Shown: positions 1 to 12,339, counted from the whole stretch's first letter. The stretch is 49,795 bases of DNA, filler included, from Sphacelaria rigidula (GCA_964200075.2; 3 parts of 3 records of this genome joined end to end with filler, not necessarily neighbours in it); one strand, 5' to 3'. Numbers and translations: made by a program. The notes: generated by a model not told the origin, from the sequence alone.

Positions 1-345
1 CATTAATTCTGGGCGCCAGTCTACCCCTTTCGTGATATGTGGGCGCATCAGCCGGGATCACACAGGAGGAAGGTCAACACAGGAGTTTTTTCTTTTTTAT
101 TTGTTTTTAGTACCCCACCCTCCTTCTGCGGTGCTTGCCTTTTATTTTTTATCGCGAGAGGGTTTAGCAGTCCCTTTCTCTCGTCGACCGTTCAGTCGAA
201 TTTTGTGTACCCACGACATGGTCGCTCTCCACTGTTGAGCATGGTTTAAGAAAAAATCCCAAATCGCTCCGGGAATCGAACCCCACAACTCAACCATCAG
301 TAAGAAGGTTACGAGGTTACCAACTGAGCCACCGGGGCGACCGGC
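1..345 (-). mobile_element. tRNA-derived SINE, copy 1 (3' end runs off the window)
   Basis: Minus strand begins GCCGGTCGCCCCGGTGGCTCAGTTGGT (Pol III A-box TGGCTCAGTTGG) followed by a B-box GGTTCGATTCC. The body aligns by eye with a second copy at 38505-38877. Confidence 0.8.
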
Positions 346-347
346 TC

Positions 348-1673
348 ATGTATCGAAAAAACTCTATCAGAAAACACGTTTTCTGATAAATGACCAAAAA
401 CCCACTTATTATGTGATCAGAAAATGCGTGTTCTGATGAGAAATTTTCTGGTAACATTTTCCGATAGCCCAAAGTTATCAGAAAATCAGGATTTTCCGAT
501 AACCTCGGGCTATCGAAAAACGTTATTGAAAAAGCGCTTGGACTTCGTTTGAAGACGTTTGAACACACATTACAGCCCACGACAGCACCTGTGACGGCTT
601 GGCTGCCATCACTACTACTACTGCCATCGTTGGTGCTCGCGGGCATTCAGCGTATTGCATCATTGTCCTTCGCTCGCCAGTAGCGCGGTGGCCCTTTACC
701 CCATGAGAACAGCAGAGGGGGCGTACTCATTTGTTGCTTGCCTTAGTCGTCTGACCATTGACCACGCATCCCTTTCGAGACGGAGCACCGTTCCTACTCC
801 TAATAGAGACACCTCCAACATGCTGGCGCTGAGAACAGCAGAGGGCAGGGTCGATGGCGACTGCTGTACAGACACGACAGTCTATGCTGCATGTCGTCCG
901 AACAGTATTGTAGTTCAGTTCTTGTCTGTGCATGCAGCGTGTTGTCAACAACAGCCGTCGCAATGCTTTACAGACTGCCCACGCAACCAAGCCTTGTAGA
1001 GACAGGACCGGACTGACAGTACACACGAGACTATGAGATTTGTAGTGCTACTACTGTTGTGGTAGATCCAACGCATACAACACGACAGCAGTGTCTGTAC
1101 TGTACAGTGCAGCGAACTTACCGCTAAGTTGAGGTCTATGTGCATGCAGCTTGTTGCGAACAGACGTCGCTTTGCAGGACAGACTGCCTACGCACCCAAG
1201 CCTTGTAGATACAGGACCGTACTGACAGTACACACAAGACTATTAAGAGTGCTACTATCTGTTGTAGTAATACAGCCGATGCATGCAATACAGCACTCTT
1301 GTTGTGTGTACCGTTGTCCATGCTGTCGTTTCAGTCAAGTACTACCGTGCAGTGAAAAAACACAACCGTCACTTCTACAGTCAGTTGGTACAGCAAGTCG
1401 GTGTTCTTACTGATGGTCTTGCGTCACGCAGCCCACCATGTATTGCTCAGGCAATGTATCACAGTAGTACAGCCAGTCAGTACGGGCCGTACACCACGAC
1501 AGGACAGCAGCGTACTGCGTCTCTCTCGCACGCCCCAGAATTTGAAATCATGCCTGCACACCTCATAGAAAACGATGGACANNNNNNNNNNTAAGAAGGG
1601 CTAGTTTGAAAAATTATGTCGGAAAACGTGTTTTTGGAAAAGGGCTTTTCTGACAACGTGTTTTTCAATACAT
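348..1673. mobile_element. Non-autonomous TIR element with subterminal AGAAAA/TTTTCTGA repeats
   Basis: Left end ATGTATCGAAAAA matches the reverse complement of the right end (ATGTATTGAAAAA). Both ends carry GAAAACACGTTTTC-like subrepeats. Contains a 10-N gap. Confidence 0.55.
925..1290 (+). repeat. Diverged direct repeat of about 210 bp inside the TIR element
   Basis: GCATGCAGC...CAAGCCTTGTAGA(G/T)ACAGGACCG(G/T)ACTGACAGTACACAC occurs at about 930-1030 and about 1142-1240. Confidence 0.8.
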
Positions 1674-3149
1674 AAGAAGTAGCCTTAAGGTAATATATTA
1701 TGCATTACATTCGTTTTCATTTTTTTTGTTCATTCAGCGGCAGTGCCGTGTGTCACCAGGTTGGTCTGCATTTCACAGTGATGTGCTTACATCGTGTTCA
1801 TTCGGGAAACTGGGAAAGCTGTAGTGTGGACAACGTTTGGCCGCTTTTAAGCTGGCCCAGCTCGTGCTACTAATCTGATAGTAATAATGGTGATGAATTA
1901 TCAATATATATATCAAGCCGGTCGTGACCCGTCTTTTTCCAAGGCTCGGTATGTATTCCTTGCCAAGCCCTTTTGAGGAGCTTCGCTGCGGTCCCGTCTG
2001 TCTTTTTTCAAGACTCGGGTTTCATCCTTTGTCAACCCGTCGTAAGAAGTGATCCTCTCTCGCCTGTTTAGTTATTGTACACAAAACATTGACTTGGTTG
2101 GTACATGGCCAAAATGAAGATTAGGCCCAATTCCTTCCCGCCCGGAAGACGCAGTACACGGCCGAAAATTTCCGCTCAAAAAGACTGTATATGAATTATG
2201 CAGAGAGAAATCCGAACGAGAAAAACACCGCGGAGACGAAGACGGTAAAAAACGCAAAAATTTAAACGAAGGCGTGTCCTATGTGCGAAATCATGCAACC
2301 CGCACGTGCATGGTCTCGAGTATGGGAAACATCACAAACGAAAAGAGAGAAGAAAAAGCGGAGAGACGCTGACCCGCCTGGGAGAATTCGTTCATTCAGA
2401 AAGAGGGAAGCATATCAGAGAAACTTGCCATTTTGCACGTGAAAAACTACCTTTGCATGGACGGTAAGAACAAGCTTAAAGTACAGAAAATCATTCAGGC
2501 AGGATGCGATTTCACCTCGATCCGTAAGTTCACCTCGAACGTGTGTATAAAACACGGTAAACGAGAGAGAGAGGAAAACGTTCAGAGTCGCCATTTTCTA
2601 CATATAACGAAAAAATACGTCGCAGAGACGACAGGGGCGAAGTCGAGGATAGACGATCACACGGGCAAGAGACCATTCCCCCACCGACCATGTTCATGAC
2701 GAAACGCAAAATAACACAATATAGCACGACTTTGGCGTCACGAACCACGCCCGGTTTTAGATCACACCTCCACGCCACCACTGCACCACGGGAACGTGAC
2801 TGCCTTACGTACGTTCCTCCTTCCCCAAAAAGTTCATGTTCAGAAAAGCATGTTTACAGAAGAGGGGCAAGATACCAACACGCTGGGGCCCTGCAGGAAA
2901 TAAATAAATACGGTTGCCCTGCATCTTGTCATAGATGACACACGAGATGACTGCGTCAAAGTGAACGCTTACCGTCTCGAGAGAAACATCGCTTGTGCGC
3001 ACGATACGCCAACACATATGATACGGCCGGCTTACAGAAGGGCCGGTAGCTTGAAAGGCACCCAAAGACAGTGTGTAGACATACGCCGCTGTCCCGAAGC
3101 TACTGAATGCACACCACGACCGTGCGGAGAGGTATGTGAATGCCATCAG

Positions 3150-4970
3150 AGTAGAGAAGATCGTAGGCAGTCCAGACACGCCGACGCGTCCGATTTTGGC
3201 GTGATACGAAATACGTGGAATGTAAAAGTCTGGAGAGTCACACCCATCGAGCAGGCGCACTTGTAAAACACGAGGTGTCGGTGACGTGTGAACAAGTTGG
3301 GCCTTTTGCCCATTGATAATACCTTCGAAGGAGTTTACATTTCGAGGGATGTATACCATAGAGTGAGCGTGTTCTTCCAGCATGAGCTTGGGCAGGGGAA
3401 TACCCATGAGGTTGATAGCGTTGAGATGCTCAGGTGCAGCGATGACATTTGTGGAAAGAGTCACGAGAATCGCCGATCAAGAAACTGTCGCTACTTTTCA
3501 GAGTGTGCACGATGCCGGGTATTCCACTCTGGGATGGTATTGATGGAATCGGTGCCGCTGCTGGTGGATGATGAAATGGCGCGGTCCGCGAATACGTAGA
3601 GTACGATCAGCTGTATCGAGGTCAGGATACACGAAGAGAATGAGGGATTCGGAGTCGGCAGTACATGCCAACTTATAAACGTCTGTGTCGAAGGGAAATT
3701 AGGCAAGCAACATTTTTGCGTTTCGATGACCTCGAGATGATGTGAAACTTTGCAAAACACTCGTCCCTCCTCAAGGTCCTTCATTATCTGTTGAATATTG
3801 AGTTCGAAAACACGGGCACAGAGATCAAGCCTGCCAAGCGCCGATTAGTGTTGAAGTTTTTTCCTTTTTTTTTTCAGGCCAATCAGGATTGCAGGTAGTG
3901 ATGATTATCAAATCGGGACGGCCTGGTCGTTGCACAACTGCGAGTGCATCCTCTGTGTCGGTACGATGCTGGGCGGGCGTGCTATGAAATGTTTTCGGGA
4001 GAAGGTATGCCGACGGGTGCATCAGGCGCGGGATCTATCACCGCACGGTAAGATGCAACGCGTTGCTGACACGCCTCGGTTTCGATGTAGCGTGAAGTGA
4101 AGTCTTCAAACCTCGACTGTGCATCACAATATTATTCTTGTGCAACGCGGGGCAGACGCCAAAAGACAGCTTCCGAAAAAGGGTAGCTTTTGCCCTGCAG
4201 TAGAACTGAAAAAGCTACTTCCTATTCTGGTACGCTACGTGTTGTGGATGAGAAGGGTGGTATTTCTGTCAGTTGACCGTGACAATAGCCGCTCCCACCG
4301 TGTGATACATAGCCGACCACAAGGGAATGAATCGTGGTGGGTCATTGGGACGCTCTCGTGGGAACCTGTGCACAAGTCGTGGACCGGGATTTGTGCTGTC
4401 CCTGTCCCTGTAGATGAGCGGTGCGATTTCTTCAAGCTTGTTAATGGGGACCGCTCAGTGCTCGTGTTTCAGGATGGAATTCAGCGTACAGCGGAGAGGC
4501 TTGTACTTCGGTAGTAGTGGAACGCGTTAATATGTCGGACGCCGCAGATTTACATTCACAGCACCAACAATTTTGGGAAAGGAGGGGCGTCCGTAAGGCA
4601 GTCACGTTGCGGTGGTGAAGTGATAGCGTGGAGGTGTGATCCGAGAATTTGTTATCGCATACGTGAAACCGGGGGTGATTCATGACTTCATAGTTGTGGT
4701 ATTTTGCGTTCGTGCCAAGCATTTGATGGTGAGGAACGACCGTGCATTGTAAGCATGGACGGTGGCGGGGGAATTGTCCATGGTTGACGGCGGTTTGGAC
4801 TGCTGGCTCCCATCGCGGTGAAGGCGAACAGGCCGTTGTATTTTGGCAAACATAACGTTGAAGCGGGGGCGCTAGTCGGTCTGAGGTTAGGTATGGCTTG
4901 CTTTGCCAACTGAACAGCAGAGTCAAGGATTATTCTTCACGCCAGAGCAAGCATGTACAGTGTGTTTGTG
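3150..4970 (-). pseudogene. Decayed Helitron Rep/Pif1-helicase (RepHel) gene
   Basis: Collinear motifs across frameshifts: N-terminal zinc-finger-like HCTCLLWREE...CCSVGK (about 4965-4900); KYNGLFAFTAMG; LPKTF...DALAVVQRPGRPDLIIITTCNPDWPE; VFCKV...VIETQKCCLPN (EFQKRGLPH-like); Pif1 C-terminal DRAIS...DSIN and PEHLNAINLMGIPLPKL...RNVNSFEGIING...IPRI. Confidence 0.9.
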
Positions 4971-6504
4971 TGTGTGATCTTGATGTGATGTGGATGCGTG
5001 AGCGGGACGTGTTTCACCTTCATGGCCGGGGAGGGACAGTTCCACGTTCTCGTCCGTGACTGCGTTTACGCCCAGCAAGGCCGTGCGGCACAGACGGCGG
5101 CGGTTAGATTGTGCACAAGGTGTAGCGGTCACGGGCGACGACCCTTCATCCACGTCTTTGGTGGCGATGTTGACGTGGTGCCATGGCGCTTTCATCTGAC
5201 ACGGGTTGGATTTTTTTATCACACTTTGAACCCCCCCCCCCTTCCCTAGGACGAGCCCGTGGTCTCAGGGGATTATCCCATCTCTCCCCCGGTACACGCC
5301 TTGCATTTTTATCCTTCGCGGACTGGGTCAGCACTCGCGCACGACGTCAACTCACATCAAACAAACTCATTCGACTACTCTGGTTACTCACGTTCTCACG
5401 CTTCCCACGATGAGAATCAAATGTTTCCAAGGATGTCGGGAAGTAATTCCGTGACGAGGAACCGACAGCATGCCGTGAGCTTCAGCAGGGAATGAGAGCG
5501 ATTCCACCTACAGTGGGAATATATATATATATATATGTGAAAATACGTCGAGGACTTGCATGCACTTGGATTAAATTGCGGCGCTGTACACGTGAAGCAG
5601 ATATGGACGTGGTGTCAAAAGCCGTCGTCTTGAACGCCATTTCACGTACGTACACATGTTTTGTTTTTGCTACACACGGAATGTTTTTCCTACAGTACAG
5701 GAAAACCACGGCAATGCACAACGAATGGTACGATGCTTGGTACGCGTAGCAATAGGAATCACTGTTTGCTGCCCAAACGACGGATGCACAACCGTACTTG
5801 AACAACTGATGGTGAACAAAGTCGTGATACGTAGCGATACGCGAGCGACGCGGGGATACTCGTGAAAAATGTGCCGATACGCAGGAACGCAGCGGACACC
5901 GTGCACGCTTTGAAGTACGTCCAACAGGGACGGATGAGGGACACATACGTGCAACTTCACTCATCCACCAGAATGAAGAAATACAGATATTGCTGAACAC
6001 ACTCGAATCCTTACTCGCTTCATGATCAGCGTTTGCGGGATTCTATGACTCGGGCAGTTCCGCTTTACGGGCGGCGCGGAGGTTGTGATGTGGTCGGTGG
6101 GGACTTTCCTTTTTTTAGCTCCTGAAGATCACTTCGTTCTTGACCTGCAGCGAATACAGAGTCAAGCGTATGGAGAGTGTTCCGTGAAGACATAATTACG
6201 GAAGTACAAGTGTCAATTGCCGTGTGAATGTGTTTGATCACACAAAATGACAGTCAGCAGTAACGGGATGGAGAGTAAGTTGGAAAATTACTGTAACATC
6301 ACCACAACGTAAGTGGGTATTGACCTCCTTTTCCCCTTGCGGGTGACTCCCTTCTTCATGTGCAGTAAAGTCACGCACACGGAGGGCCGCATGATGACGC
6401 GATGTAAGTACAACATTATCCCATTGTGTAATAGGTGGAGGCACAAAAACACAACCTCGCAGCCAAGCGGATCGCGAAAGTTGGAAATAGAACGACAACA
6501 CAGT

Positions 6505-6757
6505 CATATATGAATTCTCACCCTCTTTTCGTCTCCGCATCGGAGGCACCAAGCGTGAGCTGGGGGGTTCTTTCATTCGTTCACAATGATGTCTTCAGGG
6601 TTGATGTCGCCGTTACACCCCACTCTTGTGTCCGTAAGAGGGCGCCGTACTGGTGAGATCAAGTCCGGGGACATCATCGTGAACGATTGGAATAACCCCC
6701 AGCTCACGCTTGGTGCCTCCGACGCGAATACGCGAAGAGGGTGAGGCCTCATATATG
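6505..6757. mobile_element. Fold-back MITE
   Basis: Inverted arms of about 110 bp: CATATATGA...GGAGGCACCAAGCGTGAGCTGGGG versus CCCCAGCTCACGCTTGGTGCCTCC...TCATATATG. Confidence 0.85.
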
Positions 6758-7225
6758 GTGTCGCGTGTGGCCTCGGCGTAGGAGCAAAGTTTCTGCGATG
6801 AAGAGTGTTGCCATAGAGGAAAATAGTCGGCAATTGAAGAATTAAATACGTGAATAGTTCCGGACTCTGATAGTTTTACAAGCATGAGTTCCAACTCTGC
6901 GGAAGATTGAAGAAAAAACACGCAAGTTTCATATGCACATAAATGGCTCTAAAAAACCACAAGACGGCTCCCGTGTAGGGAAACAGTGCTCCCATACTGC
7001 TCCCATACTGCACCATAAGCGGGGGAATAACCCTTCCTCTGCCGACACTTGAAGTGGATCACACGCATTTGGTGTCGACCTAAGAGCAGAGTTGTGCGAT
7101 GAATAGTGCTGGAAGGGAGGAAAATTGTCGGTGGTTGGATTGGCTATACAAAACGCACACCGTTTGACAAGTTCAGTATTTGTTTGTTGTGCTCTGTCTC
7201 CGCATAAAAGAGAACTTTGACTCCA

Positions 7226-7385
7226 CTACTGTCCTAGTCCTTACCCAAGCCTTGGCCCTCAGCCTGCCTCTAGCCCTCAGCCTACCCCTAGTCCTAGTCC
7301 TCGCTCTGATCATAACCCCAATCTTCCCCAAGCCCAAGCTCTAGTCCTAACCCTAGGGACAACCCTGATGTCATCCCTGACCTGA
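7226..7385 (+). repeat. Degenerate hexamer tract resembling (CCCTAA)n
   Basis: Six-base periodic CCTAGT/CCCAAG/CCTCAG/CCTAAC units. Confidence 0.65.
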
Positions 7386-7686
7386 AATCTGCGAAGACAA
7401 GTTGCCAGTACGGGAATTGAATTGCCGCCCTCCCCTATGGATGACTTTGAAGTCCACCTTGTAAAACAATGGGGCTCATAGTATGCACGTGGCACCTTCT
7501 ATCGTCGTGAACGATGCCTGGTGTAGAGGTGCATCTTGGAGGCCAATCCATGGATTGGTGCTTGCCGCCTTCGATGCCTGTGCACGTCCCATTCGTCGAA
7601 GTCTCGCCTGTTTATGCTCATGTGTGCGCGGCTGAGGTGTTCCCTACCCTAATTCCTTGGTTCTGTTGCGTTTTGGGGACTGTCAG

Positions 7687-9543
7687 GTACCTCACCATGT
7701 CTCGCGACTTACACGGCACATCCACTTGGAAAGATATGTCTGACGCAATGCAGGTGAGATGTGGATTCATGCGGCATGAGGCGTTTTTTGCGTCGCGCTG
7801 GCCTCGGTCTCAGGAAAAAGTAGAACGTGGAGAATGACCAGTGTGTGCGTGTTAAAATTTGCTGGTGGAGTAGTATTCGAGGTTGCTGCCTTTTCCCCTC
7901 TCTGTGTCGTGTTTTTGTCTCGTCGTGCATGATGACTGCGGTGTGACCCGAAACAGAGCGCGTAACAAATGACCTGGTCTGTCAATAATTTATTTTGATC
8001 GTTCCATGTGTACGAAATGTTTCTTCTCTTGGGGCCTTCCGCTGTGTGTTTTGTGTATGTGTGTTTATGTGTGCATGTTTTTTCCGGCATTTTCTTGTGT
8101 TGACAGTTGGAGTCACCTCGCACGAGCTATTTATTGATCACTTTTAATTCTGTCCGTTTCACACGTCGGACATATCATGATCTGTCTAAAACAACTAATC
8201 AAAAGAATACTCTCGAGTCCGTTGGTCCAAAAACATGAAATACGTGACCGCGGAGTCAGAAAAGCCAAGGCGCAACCTTTCAAGGGCAGGTCGAGTAGAG
8301 TATACTCATTTGCGGGATATTGTGAAAGACGTACTCGAGGTACTGTAATTAGGGTAGAGTGTTGGGAGTCGTACCCAAAAAATAACTGAAAAGCCATCCC
8401 TTGAACCCTACCCCCAATTTGTGTACTTCAAGAACGACTTTCAAAATACCCCGCAATTGAGTATACTCTACTCGACCTGCCGTTACAACCTTTGCACTAC
8501 TCGGTGTGCTCAGCGCCCGGCGCTGTAAGGAGCGAACATGGAAAAGGGGAGCCGAATGATCCGGCGATCAGTACACTGAAAATGAGTGATTTCGAGACGG
8601 ATCATGATTTGTCTGACGTGTGGTTCGTTTCCACCCTCTCCCGGTTTACAGGCACGGTTTGTTTCGTGCTTTCTCGTGGTCATTCTTTCTTGCGTCCGTC
8701 CTCTATACCCGCGGTAGTTTCGTGAGCTTCGGTGCTGCTTTGTATCCAATTTCGCCATTAGCTCCTACGCTGATGCTTTCACTGAAGCGGGGTACGGTAC
8801 ACGAGCATGTATCCCTCTCATGTTTTTGATTTTATTTTATCCTGTGGGTTGTCTTTTCCCAGTGGACGATGGACTCTCTCAAGGGGACGGTGGTGCTGTT
8901 CACCCCACACACCAGCACCGGCATGAGCAAGGATGTGGGTTTATGCGTCAAATCGGAGGCTGCGGCCTCCAAGCTCTTCAAGGTGAGCGCTGAAGATATA
9001 GCGCGTAATCGTACGGTAGCGGCATTCAATCACTTGAGAAGTGCCGCCCACGCTCCAGAGGTCTAACTGATGCACCAATAGCCGATGGGGCGGAAGGTTA
9101 CGGGGTCGAATCTCGACCGACCGTTACGGTGCCTTTTTAGGGGAGAATCTGCTTTTCCGCCGTTCCATGCGTGGGGACGCGAGTAGCTACAGAGATTTGA
9201 TGACGGCTTTTCATGGGGAAACGGGGTGGGACGGTACGGGCTGGGTCGGGATGGAAAAGTTGGATGTACGTCGTGGCGGGGAGTACACCCGTAAAGACAC
9301 GACGGGACGGGACGGGACGGGACGGGACGGGACGGGAAGCAAATTCCGGTCTCAACGCGTTTGGTTCGTGGTGTTGATACACACTGGGCTTGTTAGTTCC
9401 ACCATACGTCTCTCCCGACTGTCGCTGTGCACTCCTCATGAGCAGGACGGCTCATCATGGCACTGTTGTGCTGTGCATGAACGTGGGCGCAGATGCCAGC
9501 TACAAATTGTGTCCCCAGGACACTGCTGTGCATGCTTCCCTGG
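7687..9543 (+). pseudogene. Candidate spliced gene relic of unknown product (exon-like segments 7687-7753, 8863-8982, 9446-9543)
   Basis: Each segment is bounded by CAG and GT (donors GTGAG, GTGAG, GTACG). The first two join in phase 0 as YLTMSRDLHGTSTWKDMSDAMQ/WTMDSLKGTVVLFTPHTSTGMSKDVGLCVKSEAAASKLFK. The third is not phase-compatible without another exon. Confidence 0.4.
8282..8484. mobile_element. MITE nested inside an older inverted-repeat element (about 8155-8625)
   Basis: GGCAGGTCGAGTAGAGTATACTCA(T/A)TTGCGG inverted at both ends. Outer inverted pair CACACGTCGGACATATCATGATC / GATCATGATTTGTCTGACGTGTG. Confidence 0.8.
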
Positions 9544-9639
9544 GTACGCGTCGGCGTTGGTTCGGGAGCTGATGATGGTAGTTCGACGACAGCTTATTGA
9601 CGTTACAATACAGCCATATCTTGTGTTTGCTTCTGTTTT

Positions 9640-9805
9640 TTTTTCACGTTCTAGTCTTCTGTGTCGTTCTGTTCGACTTTTTCTGTTCCTTCTTTTTCTT
9701 CAACGGGTGCTTCAGCTTTGTTTTGTCTTGGGTACGTCTATCATGTGACCACGGCTGGATCATGACCCCTGGGGGGTCAGCTAAAGTGCGACAATCACAC
9801 GATCA
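9640..9805 (+). mobile_element. Retroposon (LINE/SINE) 3' end
   Basis: TCTATCATGTGACCACGGCT...CCCCTGGGGGGTCAG(C/T)TAAAGTGCGACAATCA is shared with 30330-30480, with a more diverged relative at about 12960-13160. Confidence 0.65.
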
Positions 9806-9875
9806 GTATCATTGACTGCTGTACAGACCGAGGCCAGTATGGCAACTGGTGGGACTCCGACAGCCTTTTGATATA

Positions 9876-10072
9876 AGAGAGTTTCAGAAAACGCTTTTTT
9901 TGTCATTTCAGAGTGAAAATATCTCAGGATCAGAGTGTAAAACAAGAATCACCCCATCGAAATTACTCAAGGGCATACCGCATTTGACGAAGGGGAAATA
10001 ATTTTTCGTTACACTCTGATCCTGAGATATTTTCATTCTGAAATGACAAAAAAGCGTTTTCTGAAACTCTCT
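9876..10072. mobile_element. MITE with terminal inverted repeats of about 75 bp
   Basis: AGAGAGTTTCAGAAAACGCTTTTTT...TCTCAGGATCAGAGTGTAA is mirrored at 10009-10072. Confidence 0.9.
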
Positions 10073-10149
10073 ATTACTGGACGCTAGTGAGTGCTGTACT
10101 GTACTGAACATTCCTGTACTGGCTACTATCCTGTACTCTATCATGTCCC

Positions 10150-10767
10150 GCTTAGATTTAACGAGAAAATTTCGTCCACGGAACGTCCCGTAAGGATAGG
10201 ATGTCCCGTGACATGTAAGGGGGAAATTGCTATTGACTTCCCGTATGACCGGATCAGGAAAAGGAAAAACTCAGAAGACGTCGGGGCGGGAAGGGTATTT
10301 TTTCCATCGCTTGAACAACTGATGGGGCGGGTAATATTCCCGTTGATCGAAAAAATGGCGGGACGAGGCGGGAAGTGCGGCTTTGAAAAAACGTTGGGAC
10401 GGGACGGGCCATCCTGTCCCGTGAAAAAAGACGTTATTTGGCGAGATACTGTATATCACTAATAAATGGCAATAATACAAATATATCCCGCAAGATACCC
10501 TCAGTTTCCGGTGAGGTAGGACGGGATGTTCGGTATGACAAGACGTGAAACAGCCGCTGACGTACCGTGAGGATGGAACGAAACCGGGGAAAGCCAGGAC
10601 GGTGTCGGGACGAAACGGTAATTCTTCCCGTTGCCAAATAATAAGGGACTTGACGGGAAATTGGGGGATATGTCTGCGTGGGACGAGACGGGATGGGACG
10701 GGACGGGGAAATCCATGTCATCCCGTCATGTTTTCCTGTCGGGCGCTTTCCCGGTGAAGAACCCTGA
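10150..10767. repeat. GGGAC/GTCCC-rich repetitive element (related fragment at about 9190-9345)
   Basis: Many GGGACGGGAC and TCCCGT motifs in both orientations; ends in CCGGTGAAGAACCCTG. Confidence 0.55.
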
Positions 10768-11024
10768 TATGAGATTTGACGAAAGTTGACGTGGTGCAGG
10801 AGTGATCATCCAATCGTTGATGACAGGCTGTCGGGCAGTTGCCATGAGCGAGATGGGTTGATCCCTTGAGGGGCGACAGACTCGTTCCGAGGAAGAGCAG
10901 TACGGGTTGAGAGCATGACGAAATAGAAGTATAGATTTTCACATGTACATCCTTTAGTTTTTACTGGAAAGGCGAGCCGACGTCTGTGACCACGGGTTCG
11001 CGAGATCGGACTAATGTGCGGAAC

Positions 11025-11085
11025 TAATAATGATGATGATGATAATGATGATAATGATGATAATGATGATAACAATAACAATATA

Positions 11086-11166
<81 letters not shown>

Positions 11167-11168
11167 TA

Positions 11169-11200
<32 letters not shown>

Positions 11201-11265
11201 AATGATAATGATAATGATAATGATAATGATGATGATAATGATAAAATAATGTAGTAATAACAATA
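11025..11265. repeat. Compound microsatellite (GAT/AAT)n-(TAT)n-(AAT)n-(GAT)n
   Basis: Directly visible trinucleotide tracts. Confidence 0.95.
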
Positions 11266-11580
11266 ATCCTCTGTTGACAAAAAAAAAGTCGTGTGAAGTT
11301 CGGAATTTAGTTTTTTTTCCCGAAGGATATCAAGTTTGGGCGTGTCGCCTTGATGTGGATTAAATATCGTTCACAAATTGTGTACTTAAGTCTGCTTCGT
11401 AGCTGGTGTGCTAAGCTACCTCAGCGGCACAGTAATTTTCGACGGTAGTGCAAGTATATGTACATGTGCCCAAGGTCGCCGTTCGCGTCAAGATATGCCG
11501 CGAAGCAGCAAGTAGTCCCTGGTTGTTTTTTTGGTGTGGAGGGAAATACGACACGTCATCATATTGTTTTTTACGCAGCA

Positions 11581-11910
11581 CGTGAGCATGTAGACCACGA
11601 TTGTTGTGCCTGTACAGTATTGCGGTGAAGAGCGCACGAATAAAGCGTTCCCTCTGATGCTTGTGCTTCACTACTTTCGCATGTCTCATTGCCTACGTCC
11701 TGTACTGTATCCTTACCCACACATACCTCCGCATCATCGTCCCAAAGACGGTGCGATGATGCGGAGGCACGTGTGGGTAAGGATACAATGCAGGAGTTAG
11801 GCAACGAGACATGCGGAAGGAGTGAGCTCAAGAATCGGAGGGAACGCTTTTTCGTGCGCGTTTCAGCGCAATAGTGTACAGGCACAGCAACCGTGGTCCA
11901 CATCTTCATG
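11581..11910. mobile_element. Fold-back MITE / long hairpin
   Basis: Inverted arms of about 155 bp around a loop of about 15 nt (CCTCCGCATCATCG...CGATGATGCGGAGG). Confidence 0.9.
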
Positions 11911-12339
11911 GGTTCCATCAATGTTCCCTTTCCATTTTCATATTTTCTCCTTTTTTTGGTGGAAGTCGTGAGACTCCTGGTGACGGTAGAAACCGTCGAA
12001 GGTGGCCGATGGTTTCCCTCGGGTTATGTTGTCAAGGATTGACCGTAAGTCGTGGGGTTGAGGCAAAGTGGATCACTCGGGAAAGCTCGACGAGCGCGAG
12101 CGATTTACGATGACGAAGTCTGAGAGTCTTGGTCAAGAGTGATCCCCAGGGATTGTCAGCAGTTCGCTGGGAAGATCCCTGTTACCTTGGGGTCCGAGAT
12201 CCGGCTGTACAGATATGAAAGTTTCGGGGCTCCTGCGAACTTACCCCTGTAACAGCCGTTCACTAGGTTACACGTCATAAAAGGAAATCTCTCCGCACAT
12301 GCCCAAATGGCGATCTCCACATTTTGTGTATTTATTCCT

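Noticed and set aside
260..345. tRNA gene (also 38795-38877 and about 9075-9135)
   Set aside because: Box-like motifs are present but I could not build a full cloverleaf. The first two continue into a shared SINE body.
2790..2830. FGEGGTYVRQSR on the minus strand as Pif1 motif VI
   Set aside because: The segment is the inverted copy of 4571-4642, so the motif resemblance is probably coincidental.
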